From contig JBHLKY010000025.1 in assembly GCA_048886185.1 (NCBI GenBank), positions 1-32,000 on the forward strand: a DNA stretch of 32,000 bases, written 5' to 3'. The position numbers and the translations under genes are program-made. A model generated the notes under the pieces. That model was given only the letters and a program-made list of their open reading frames with translations. It was not told where the DNA came from and made no database searches. Origin of the DNA: Candidatus Hermodarchaeota archaeon. Lineage in GTDB: Archaea > Asgardarchaeota > Heimdallarchaeia > Hodarchaeales > Hodarchaeaceae. Shown one piece after another: positions 16,877 through 25,775 of the stretch (within the stretch, counting starts at the first letter, position 1; each line of letters begins with the position of its first letter).

Positions 16877-18415
16877 TTAATTTTCTTCCCACATCTGAGG
16901 ATATGAACGATCTAATCCTGCGAGTTTGACACCTGTAATTGCTGCAGCATCGATAGTTAGAGCTCTCAAATCTTCTTTTGAAAGATCTTTGATAGTTTTA
17001 TGCCCAGAAAGCATGGTGAATATCTTAATCTCATCTGTCATTGCTTTCAGAACATTTACCAGACGGAGACTTGTTTTTTCGGGGTCTAACCGAGACCGAA
17101 GCTCTGGTTTGTTTGTAGTAATACCATACGGACAGTTGCCTTGATGACAAGCCATGCATGCTCTACACCCCATGGCAATTTCAGCTGCCGTACCAATTCC
17201 AACAGCGTCAGCACCAAGCGCTAATGCTTTGAAAGCGTCAGCACCATTACGAATACCCCCTAATGCAATAAGTTTGACTTTACGATAGAGACCTATATCC
17301 TTTAGAGCTTGAACCGCAGGAGGAATGCATGCAATCGTAGGAATTCCAGCATGTTGTGTGACACTCTCGGGAGATGCACCAGTTCCCCCTGTCATACCAT
17401 CGATAGATATAGCATCGACTCCTAATCCAGCAGCTATCTTAACGTCCTGATAAGGGCGGCTCGGGCCCAATTTTATTAGAATCGGTACTTTATAATCAGT
17501 AACATCTCTAATGATCTCTATCTGTGTTTTAAGATCTTCTGGATCTATTGCATCATAATATCTGGGGGGTGAAAGTGCATCTGTACCGATAGGAATACCT
17601 CTCACCTTTGCAACTTCTTCTACAACTTTTTTCCCTAGAAGATGTCCACCCATTCCAGGTTTAGCACCTTGACCTATTTTGACTTCAATTGCATCAGCAT
17701 TTTGTAAAAAATCAAGATTAACTCCCCAACGTCCTGTGGACCACTGAACTGCTAAATATCCACCAGTTCTAGCATGAGGATTACCTTTTCCGGAAATTTT
17801 AAGTTCTTCTAATGAATTAAATCCATGTACAAGAGGATATTCCTCTGGGATAGCTCCACCTTCACCTGTATTAGAAATAGTTCCCATTATATAAGCTGCT
17901 TTCGCTAAAGACATCTTTGCTTCTTTTGACAAAGCGCCAAAAGACATAGCACCAAAAACTATAGGTATACTTAGTTTAAGAGGATACTCTGCAGTTTCTT
18001 CACCAATAATTACACTAACATCACAATCCTCACGATATTTATCCAGAGGAGGAGGAGAGGCCAATTGAGAGGGAACAATTACAAAATCATCAAAGTGTGG
18101 GATAATTCGTGATGTTCCAAAACCTCTTAACAGATATTTACCCGTTTGAGCCTGATAATGAATATGTTCAACAGTTTGAAATGTCCAAAGAGATCGCGAA
18201 AAATATTCGGGTTCAGCAGGTTTGATATGAGTTGCATTATTTGGACAGAACTCCATGCAGATTCTACAACCAACACAGGCCATATCATTCCCAATTCGAA
18301 CCCTATTATCATCATCTTTTTCATAAACCCCATGTGGACATACTTCTACACATGTAGCACAATGAGTACATCTCAAATAATCAATATTTACGCAATAAGC
18401 GCCAAGAATCGTCAA
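16877..18415 (-). CDS. gltB: Archaeal-type glutamate synthase FMN-binding subunit (domain 2) with N-terminal 2x[4Fe-4S] ferredoxin
   Basis: CTHCATCVEVCP and CVGCRICMEFCP; AMSFGALS; NTGEGG; EVKIGQGAKPGMGG; DGMTGGTGAS; GGIRNGADAFKALALGAD; [3Fe-4S] motif CRACMACHQGNCPYG. Confidence 0.92.
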   Translation of the reverse strand: MTILGAYCVNIDYLRCTHCATCVEVCPHGVYEKDDDNRVRIGNDMACVGCRICMEFCPNNATHIKPAEPEYFSRSLWTFQTVEHIHYQAQTGKYLLRGFGTSRIIPHFDDFVIVPSQLASPPPLDKYREDCDVSVIIGEETAEYPLKLSIPIVFGAMSFGALSKEAKMSLAKAAYIMGTISNTGEGGAIPEEYPLVHGFNSLEELKISGKGNPHARTGGYLAVQWSTGRWGVNLDFLQNADAIEVKIGQGAKPGMGGHLLGKKVVEEVAKVRGIPIGTDALSPPRYYDAIDPEDLKTQIEIIRDVTDYKVPILIKLGPSRPYQDVKIAAGLGVDAISIDGMTGGTGASPESVTQHAGIPTIACIPPAVQALKDIGLYRKVKLIALGGIRNGADAFKALALGADAVGIGTAAEIAMGCRACMACHQGNCPYGITTNKPELRSRLDPEKTSLRLVNVLKAMTDEIKIFTMLSGHKTIKDLSKEDLRALTIDAAAITGVKLAGLDRSYPQMWEEN

Positions 18416-18437
18416 GATCTTTTACCTACGACATTTT

Positions 18438-19112
18438 TTACCTTTTTTTTGAATAAAATGGTTTATCAGTCTCAGCAATGATTTTTGTAAAATCTTCTGG
18501 TCTTGCTTTAATTTTATAGACAGAAAAGAATTGTCGAAGAAAATCTATATCATCAGATGAGAGATCTTCAATCTTAGTATTGTTTCCAAGACTTTTCCAA
18601 TGACCCTTAATGAAAATACGACCTGAAATTAAGAAGTTACCAATCCTTTCACCAGCATCTCCTAATAAAATAATGTTCCCAGCAAGCATATAAGTTCCAA
18701 GATCATTACCTGTGACATTTTCTACAAGAATTGTCGCACCTTTATTCATTGTTCCCAGAAAATCTCCACAATTTCCAGAAATAATTACTTTTCCACCATA
18801 ACAATATGGTGCTGCGCAATAACTGGCATTTCCTTTTACTATAATTTCTCCATTAATCATGTTGTCTCCAACAAATCTCCCAACATTACCTTCGATGATT
18901 AAATGGGCACCTGAATTTAACATACCTGCATAATCACCTACAGAACCCTTAATAATAATTTTTCCTCGTCTTAATCCAGAGGCAATACCATCTAGATGAT
19001 CACAGTTAGCAATTGTGATAGTTTCATTCTCTTTAAGTTTATTCTTAATTTCTTGACTAATGTCTTTTAATTCAGCGATTTTAGTTGTTGTACTAACAGT
19101 CACTGCATCCAT
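18438..19112 (-). CDS. Glutamate synthase domain 3 (GXGXG beta-helix) subunit
   Basis: Repeated GxxG beta-helix turns (IKGSVGDYAG, IEGNVGRFVG, VKGNAS, ISGNCGDFLG, GDAGERIG). ATG 19112 behind gaggtg is preferred over GTG 19121. Confidence 0.9.
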   Translation of the reverse strand: MDAVTVSTTTKIAELKDISQEIKNKLKENETITIANCDHLDGIASGLRRGKIIIKGSVGDYAGMLNSGAHLIIEGNVGRFVGDNMINGEIIVKGNASYCAAPYCYGGKVIISGNCGDFLGTMNKGATILVENVTGNDLGTYMLAGNIILLGDAGERIGNFLISGRIFIKGHWKSLGNNTKIEDLSSDDIDFLRQFFSVYKIKARPEDFTKIIAETDKPFYSKKR

Positions 19113-20274
19113 TACATCCACCTCGCATTTTTAATGACTTAATATTCTCTTTTTGGGTGAAGAGTTCCATAAATCGACTTTTTGCTTCTGGAAGCCGGTT
19201 CTCGTCAGTGAGCGATTCGAGCGAATAGATTAAAAGCGAATCAAAGGTTTGTGACCGTTCTCGACGTTGTTTCTCCGAACAGGCAGCTGAAATCGCCTTT
19301 AAATCCGCTTCCTCCTTAGTTTCAAGTAATCCCAAATTTAAACAGTTATTAAGGAAATTCTGTCCTTTCATGTTCCAAGGAATTAGGGTAGCATATCCTT
19401 CAGGGGAACCTGTTTGACCAATTGAAATGTCAGCCCTCTCAGCTAGAAAATCTGTACACCTTGCACAACCCTTTCTTAGATACTTTTGTTTTTCTTCCAG
19501 TGGGAAGGTCGCATTTTTACCTGTGGAAAGCTTAATTTCCAGAGTTTCACCATTAGCAGAACTAGTGATACTTATAATTTCAGCAGGAGATATTCCAAGA
19601 TGACTTGATAAATTTTTAAGAAGAGCTGTTTCATAATATCCTGAACAGAATAAGCCGATTACAATACCTAAAGATTTCTGTAGAATAGATAAACCTTCTA
19701 ATTTTGATTCATTGACTCTTCTGATAGCTTGAGTAACACACGGAGGCCCAACAATAGCAATTTGATTAAATCCATTGGTCAAAATCTCATGATAGAGGTT
19801 TGATAGAATTGGATTCCATATTCTTTGGTTACCAGAAACTTTATAGAGTTCTTCAATTGATCTAACAACTCGTGTATATGGTGTTCCGTCCCATCTATTC
19901 ACATCTGTGATTAATGCAGCGTCAATAAACCCGTTTACAAAACCTGCTGAAAGAAGATCAGTAATAATCTCATTTATGTGATTATTTGTGGCATAACGTG
20001 TTGATTTTGCTGATATCACTCTAATAATTTCGTTTTTTTCCCAATCTATTAAGCGAGGACAACTCTCGGCGCACATTCCTTCACAAAAGGAACACGTATC
20101 AATGTCAACAACCGATAAACCAACAGTTTTTGTCTTAAAAACAAAAGAAGGATGTGCCATATCAGGTTTAAACTCTAAACGTCCACGGGAGCAAGCAGCA
20201 ACACACATGCCACAACCAGCACATCGATCCAAATTCCAAACTTTATTTTCGAGATCTAATTGCTTATAGAACAT
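19093..20274 (-). CDS. FrhB/FdhB-family (coenzyme F420-binding type) subunit with N-terminal ferredoxin, divergent
   Basis: CAGCGMC...CSFCEGMCAESCP; IVGPPC; IVIGLFC; GCARCTDF.AERADISIG. ATG 20274 behind ggaggt. Confidence 0.8.
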   Translation of the reverse strand: MFYKQLDLENKVWNLDRCAGCGMCVAACSRGRLEFKPDMAHPSFVFKTKTVGLSVVDIDTCSFCEGMCAESCPRLIDWEKNEIIRVISAKSTRYATNNHINEIITDLLSAGFVNGFIDAALITDVNRWDGTPYTRVVRSIEELYKVSGNQRIWNPILSNLYHEILTNGFNQIAIVGPPCVTQAIRRVNESKLEGLSILQKSLGIVIGLFCSGYYETALLKNLSSHLGISPAEIISITSSANGETLEIKLSTGKNATFPLEEKQKYLRKGCARCTDFLAERADISIGQTGSPEGYATLIPWNMKGQNFLNNCLNLGLLETKEEADLKAISAACSEKQRRERSQTFDSLLIYSLESLTDENRLPEAKSRFMELFTQKENIKSLKMRGGCNGCSDC

Positions 20275-23200
20275 CAATTTTACCTCCAATACGCCTCGGT
20301 TCCTTGTAAAATGGTTCACGAGAGCCAAGAGATTTAACTAACTCTGTAAATTCTGTTATCAATTGAGCAAAGCGGTTTCCTTCACTAGCTGATATCCATT
20401 CAAGAGTCAAACGCCTTGAATCAATTCCGATTGAAGATAAGGCTTTCTTCATTTTCTCAACACGTTCTTCTGCATATGAATTACCAGAAATGTAATGACA
20501 ATCTCCGGGGTGACAACCACTAACAAAAACACCATCAGCGCCTTCTAGAAAAGCCCATAGTAAGAAGAAGGGATCTATTCGTCCACTGCACATTACTCGA
20601 ATTATGCGAATACTAGAGGGGTATTGAAAGCGTGAAATCCCTGCAAGATCTGCTCCAGCATAAGAACACCAATTACAACAAAAACCAATAATTTTGGGTT
20701 CATTAGCCGGAAAGGGTCCATTCAAGGCTTCTGAAATTTGGTTTAAAATCTGGAGATCAGTGAAGCCCTGCATCGAAATTGCTTTTGCAGGGCAAGCGAC
20801 TGCGCACACTCCACATCCTTTACAAATAGCTTCATTTACATGAGAAATCAAATCTATTGGATGAAAGCTTATTGCGCCATATGGACATACATTGCCACAG
20901 GTACCACATCCAACACAAAGCGTTGGATCAACTATAGCAATGTTGGCTTCTGCAATAACATAACCCAATTGCATGGGAATTGAAGCACGAGCAGCAGCTC
21001 CAGAAGCTTGGGCAATTGAATCACTAACGTTTTTCGGTGAATGTGCGGTTCCACAAACAAAAATCCCATCAGTGGCAAAATCAAGAGGGCGGAGTTTTAC
21101 ATGAGCTTCTTGAAAAAATCCATCTATTCCCAATGGTATTTTAAAAAGCTGACTTAATTCCTTTGCACTAGAAGAATTCACAAGTGGTGTAGTTAATAAT
21201 ATTAAGTCAGCTGGATAACTCCGATTCTCTCCAGTAAACATGTTATGGAATGATATTGTGATTTCAGCATCATTGATATTTACGTTGGGTTTCTTATCCT
21301 CTTCATATCGAATGAAATATACTTGTGGAAGTTTACGTACTTCTCGATAATAGTCTTCAGCAGATATTTCAACCAATCGAAGGTCTTGATGTAGAATGTA
21401 AATATGAGCGTTTGGATAGCTTTGACGTAATTTTTTTGCTGTTTTTAGAAGAGCTGCACATCCAACTCGACAACAATATGTTCGATTATCATTACCTTCT
21501 TTCTCTTTAGACCCAACGCAGCTTATTAGAAATATATTACTTATCTTTTTAGGTTGTTTATTTTTCTTAAGAGCCTGTTCAAATTCTAGTATAGTCATTA
21601 TGTTTTCATGATGGGAATAGCCATAATATCCTACTGGTTTGAATTCTTCACCACCAGTTGCTATAATAACGGTTCCCACATCGATTGTTTTGTTGTTTTT
21701 GCCTGATAGAGTAATTTCAAATTTCCCGAAGTATCCTCCAACATTTTCAATCTTCGTATTTAGGTAGATGTTAATTTTTGGATTATTAGATATAAGACTG
21801 ATTTTTTCTTTAAGTAAATCTTCAGCATATTGATCCGTAGGGAATAAAGTCGTTAGTTTATGTAAAAATCCCCCTAATTGTTTCTCTTTCTCCACTAAAT
21901 GAACGATAAACCCCATATTTGCAAGATTATTCGCAGCAGTTATTCCTGCGATTCCTCCACCAATAATTAGTGCTTCTGGAATCACTTTAATTTGCTTTTT
22001 TGCAGCTGGTTCAAGTAATCGTGCTTTAGCAACTGCCATATTTACAAGAACTTTGGCTTTATCAGTAGCATTTTCCCAATCATGGGAATGCACCCAAGAG
22101 CATTGGTCCCGGATATTTGCCATCTCAAAAAGATATTCATTCAAACCTGCTTCCTTACAGGTTGTTCGAAATAATGACTCATGAGTTCTTGGAGAACATG
22201 AAGCAACAACAATCCTGTTAAGATTATATTCTTGAATAGCATTCTTTATGAGAGTCTGATTTGCATCTGAACAAGTAAAAAGATTATTTGTAGCAAATTC
22301 AACATTAGGCAAACCTTTTGCATGTTCTGTTACTTTTTCAACATCAAGGTACCCCCCAATATTATGACCACAATGACATATAAAAACTCCAATTCGTGGT
22401 TCCTGATCAATTATATCTTGTGATTTGATTGATATTTCTTCAGCTACTTCTTTAGAGACTCTAAAATCATTTCTATTTATTACAGCCAAAGCCTTTGAAG
22501 CAGCTCCACTTGCTTGGGAAACTGAATCTGGAATGTCTCTTGGACCCGCACTACAACCACAAAGATAGATACCATCAACTGTGGTTTCTAACGGTGCAGA
22601 TACGGGATCTTTTTCCCTAAAGAAGCCATAATCATCAAGTTCCACTCCTAAAATTTCTGATAATCTCTTATTGCTTGCTGGGGCTTTAATGGCCGATGAT
22701 AAAACCACTAAATCCACCTCTAACTCTGCAGCCTTCCTTTTAATAATGTCTTCATAGAATATGATTAAATTATTATTACTTTTTTGATTAATCTCTGCTG
22801 GACGACTCCTTATGAAGTTGATACCAATTTCATGTTTTGCTCGCTGATAGTATTCTTCAAAGCCTTTTCCATATGCTCGCAAATCCATAAAGAAGATGTA
22901 AGGTGTGATTTCAGCATGATGTTCCTTTGCAATCATTGCTTGTTTTGTTGCCCACATACAGCATACGCGAGAACAATAAGGTTGATTTATTGTAACATCG
23001 CGAGAACCTACACATTGAATCCATGCAATGGTTCTAGGGATTTTTTTATCTGAAAGGCGACGAACTTGACCTTCTGTTGGTCCTGAGGCAGATAATAACC
23101 GTTCAAATTGCATTCCTGTTATAACATTAGGATAAATACCATATCCTAGATTATATTTCACAGTTGGGTTAAATTCTTCAAAGCCTGTGGCTACTATAAT

Positions 23201-23788
23201 CGCATCTACATTAATTTCCAGTATTTCAGGCTTCTGGTCACGATCAATAGCTTTAGGAGCACAAACTTTCTCACATTTACCACAATTTTTGCAAAGATCT
23301 TTATCAATAGTTGCAACATTAGGTACTGCTTGAGCAAAATATCTATAGATAGCTCTACGGGTACCTATATTGTGATCAAATTCATTAGGGATTTTTACTG
23401 GACAAACTTCAAAACAAGCTCCACATCCCGTACACTTCTCAGTATCAACATAACGAGGGTGTTTTTTTATAATGACTTCAAAATTTCCTTTAAATCCATT
23501 AACTTTTTCGACAGTAGCATATGTTATAAGTTCAATGTTTTGATTACGACCTACTTCGACCATTTTGGGAGCTTCAATGCATATTGAACAATCATTTGTA
23601 GGGAGGGTTTTATCAAGTTTTGCCATCGCCCCCCCAATTGCAGGGGCAGAATCTACTAAATAAACATGGATCATTTGGTTAGCCATATCGAGTGCAGCTT
23701 GCATACCTGCTATCCCTCCACCAATAACTAAAACTCCACCAGTAGTCTCCGTTTTTTCGAAGTTATTTTTTGTCATTATCTTCGGCAT
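20264..23788 (-). CDS. hdrA: Tandem double-FAD HdrA (HdrL-type) fused to a C-terminal MvhD domain
   Basis: Two GGGIAG modules; TNDCSIC; CTGCGAC; CVGSR..CSRVCC; CHCG; C-terminal ferredoxin; then GFCCNWCSYAGADLAG..MCSGR..GCHPGDCHY. Confidence 0.93.
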   Translation of the reverse strand: MPKIMTKNNFEKTETTGGVLVIGGGIAGMQAALDMANQMIHVYLVDSAPAIGGAMAKLDKTLPTNDCSICIEAPKMVEVGRNQNIELITYATVEKVNGFKGNFEVIIKKHPRYVDTEKCTGCGACFEVCPVKIPNEFDHNIGTRRAIYRYFAQAVPNVATIDKDLCKNCGKCEKVCAPKAIDRDQKPEILEINVDAIIVATGFEEFNPTVKYNLGYGIYPNVITGMQFERLLSASGPTEGQVRRLSDKKIPRTIAWIQCVGSRDVTINQPYCSRVCCMWATKQAMIAKEHHAEITPYIFFMDLRAYGKGFEEYYQRAKHEIGINFIRSRPAEINQKSNNNLIIFYEDIIKRKAAELEVDLVVLSSAIKAPASNKRLSEILGVELDDYGFFREKDPVSAPLETTVDGIYLCGCSAGPRDIPDSVSQASGAASKALAVINRNDFRVSKEVAEEISIKSQDIIDQEPRIGVFICHCGHNIGGYLDVEKVTEHAKGLPNVEFATNNLFTCSDANQTLIKNAIQEYNLNRIVVASCSPRTHESLFRTTCKEAGLNEYLFEMANIRDQCSWVHSHDWENATDKAKVLVNMAVAKARLLEPAAKKQIKVIPEALIIGGGIAGITAANNLANMGFIVHLVEKEKQLGGFLHKLTTLFPTDQYAEDLLKEKISLISNNPKINIYLNTKIENVGGYFGKFEITLSGKNNKTIDVGTVIIATGGEEFKPVGYYGYSHHENIMTILEFEQALKKNKQPKKISNIFLISCVGSKEKEGNDNRTYCCRVGCAALLKTAKKLRQSYPNAHIYILHQDLRLVEISAEDYYREVRKLPQVYFIRYEEDKKPNVNINDAEITISFHNMFTGENRSYPADLILLTTPLVNSSSAKELSQLFKIPLGIDGFFQEAHVKLRPLDFATDGIFVCGTAHSPKNVSDSIAQASGAAARASIPMQLGYVIAEANIAIVDPTLCVGCGTCGNVCPYGAISFHPIDLISHVNEAICKGCGVCAVACPAKAISMQGFTDLQILNQISEALNGPFPANEPKIIGFCCNWCSYAGADLAGISRFQYPSSIRIIRVMCSGRIDPFFLLWAFLEGADGVFVSGCHPGDCHYISGNSYAEERVEKMKKALSSIGIDSRRLTLEWISASEGNRFAQLITEFTELVKSLGSREPFYKEPRRIGGKIDVL

Positions 23789-23824
23789 TTTAGTTACATC
23801 TACTTGAAAAATGCTTTTTAATAC

Positions 23825-24253
23825 TCAAAACCAATTTTGATTGGCAATTCTACCTTCTTTTTCATCTTTTATGATTTCAATGACATCTTTTACTACATCT
23901 TGGGGATTAAACTTGTTTTTCACAATCCTCACTCCCCTTTTGTGTCGAATTATTGGAAAAACGTTTGAATAATTTTCATAGATGGGAATAATTTCTAATC
24001 CTGAATTAAAAGCTAAATTGACTTCTTCACACATCTCTATGACATTTTGGGCTTCTTCTGAACAGAAAAAAATACAAACATCAATCAGATTATTAGAGAA
24101 ATTAAGGCACCTACAAAGGCTGTCTTTATCCCTATCAGTTTCACACAAGATAATTCTATCAAAATCCGAATAAGTTTTGATTTCTTCAATGAAATCAAGA
24201 ACTTTCCAACTTTGCTTGTCCTTTTCGCTATAACTAATAAATAAGTTTAACAT
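23825..24253 (-). CDS. Stand-alone TIR-domain protein
   Basis: LFISYSEKD (beta-A), CIFFCSEEA (beta-C), EEVNLA with the putative catalytic Glu, and IIPIY (beta-D). ATG 24253 behind aaggaagg; alternative ATG 24277 overlaps the gdh stop. Confidence 0.8.
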   Translation of the reverse strand: MLNLFISYSEKDKQSWKVLDFIEEIKTYSDFDRIILCETDRDKDSLCRCLNFSNNLIDVCIFFCSEEAQNVIEMCEEVNLAFNSGLEIIPIYENYSNVFPIIRHKRGVRIVKNKFNPQDVVKDVIEIIKDEKEGRIANQNWF

Positions 24254-24266
24254 TTTTTTTCTTCCT

Positions 24267-25460
24267 TTATGATTCATCCTCTAAAGCGGATAGGAGTCTT
24301 TGTTGAGCAATATCTTTAGCTATTATCCGTGGGATGAGGCCAGAATCAATTATTTTTTCACTAATTAATTTAACATTCTTCTTGATTTTTGATTCAATTA
24401 ATACAAAAGCTTCTGTAGCATCCATTTTTCGATACTCAGCAAAAGAACCAATAATCCCTCCAGCATTGACGAGAATATCAGGGAGAATAATTATACCTTT
24501 TTCAAATAATTTTCTTTCAGCATCAGGAGTTGAACTATTATTAGCTCCTTCAACAATCAATTTTGTTTTAAGTTGAGAACTAGTATCCTCATTTACTGCA
24601 CAATCATATGCACAGGGAATAAATACATCACATTCTATTTTATAAATCTCGTCTCTGGGTAAAATCATACCCTCTTTCGAACGTTTTAAGGAACGTTCTT
24701 TACTCATAGCATATGCAGATCCTCTAATCTTTGTTATATCGATACCTTCTGGATTATAGAGTGTTCCCCAGTTGTCATTAACAGCAACTATATGTGCCCC
24801 TTTACTATTCAAATATTTAGCAGTTCCATAACCTACCTTACCAAAACCTTGGATTACTACACGTGTTTCAGATAAACAATGAGGACATTTAATTGAATCA
24901 TGTAGAACTTGAAGGCTTGTTTCAAGAGCGACTCCAATTCCGAATCCAGCCATATCATTTTTATAAGCAATTCCACCAAGGTCAGTTGGTTTTCCAGTGG
25001 CTCCTAGTAGATCACCAACAGTTTCAACAAAAGCTGCAATTTCCTTTTCACCAACATTTATGTCTGGACCAGCTATATATCTGTTAGGAACAAAAGGTGC
25101 TATTTTATCTGCAAAAGCTTTAATATACTTGATTGAGTCAATTTCATATGGATTTGCACGAATACCAGCTTGTGCTCCTCCAAATGGGATTTCTGCTAAA
25201 GCACACTTCCAAGTCATTAATCTAGCGAGTTTAAAAATACCTAAAGGAGTAATTGTAGGAGAAATTCTAATTCCTCCCTTCCCTGGGCCTAATGTAGTAT
25301 TATCAATTATTAAGTACCCTTGCATCGATATATCAGGATCATAGACTTGAACTACTTTTTCAGGCCCCCATTTATCTAGAAAAGCTGAAATATTAACATT
25401 ATTTAATGCATCAAGAATATTTTCACTGCTTAGTATTGTTTTCTCATCGTGAGAAGACAT
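24267..25460 (-). CDS. gdhA: Glu/Leu/Phe/Val dehydrogenase family protein (GDH-like) with catalytic Lys replaced by Gln
   Basis: GPGKGGIR, MTWKCAL, PFGGAQAG, GPDINVG, TGKP, QGFGKVG, VEGAN and PDILVNAGG. ATG 25460 behind ggag is preferred; upstream starts at 25475 and 25499 are possible. Confidence 0.88.
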   Translation of the reverse strand: MSSHDEKTILSSENILDALNNVNISAFLDKWGPEKVVQVYDPDISMQGYLIIDNTTLGPGKGGIRISPTITPLGIFKLARLMTWKCALAEIPFGGAQAGIRANPYEIDSIKYIKAFADKIAPFVPNRYIAGPDINVGEKEIAAFVETVGDLLGATGKPTDLGGIAYKNDMAGFGIGVALETSLQVLHDSIKCPHCLSETRVVIQGFGKVGYGTAKYLNSKGAHIVAVNDNWGTLYNPEGIDITKIRGSAYAMSKERSLKRSKEGMILPRDEIYKIECDVFIPCAYDCAVNEDTSSQLKTKLIVEGANNSSTPDAERKLFEKGIIILPDILVNAGGIIGSFAEYRKMDATEAFVLIESKIKKNVKLISEKIIDSGLIPRIIAKDIAQQRLLSALEDES

Positions 25461-25499
25461 TTTTGACTTCTCCATCAGCTTTAATCCATCTAGATTCAA

Positions 25500-25775
25500 T
25501 ATTAATTAAAAAAAAAGAACATAAAACTATTATGTACAAAATTAATAAAAAAAATCTCATTACTGACAAAAAATGAAATTAATCTATATCAAAAATGATA
25601 TTAAGAGTTCTATATTTTTATTTAATGGTTCATAAAAAAGGATACATAGAGTATCTAGCACATTATTTTTCACAAATTTGATACAATTTAAAAAATTTAT
25701 GTTCCAAAATGATTAAATCTATATTTATCAATTTTATATTACTAGAATTAGACGAAAAAAAGATGAATTGTATGG
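25500..25775. promoter_or_regulatory. Divergent promoter region between the gdh-led operon and the regulator
   Basis: Very AT-rich non-coding gap between head-to-head genes, containing three imperfect AAAATGA..TTAA..TCTATAT repeats. Individual TATA boxes could not be assigned reliably. Confidence 0.55.

Noticed and set aside
19093-19125. C-terminal RGGCNGCSDC (CxxCxxC) tail of the FrhB-like protein, echoing GGCNGC of the hydrogenase small subunit
   Set aside because: The tail is encoded by the overlapping RBS and start of the next gene (gaggtggatgtaATGgatgca), so it is most likely a by-product of gene overlap.
8708-23788. Selenocysteine in HdrA, MvhD or FrhB-like proteins
   Set aside because: All these ORFs are uninterrupted and have Cys at the positions that are Sec in Methanococcales-type homologs. 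No in-frame TGA was found.
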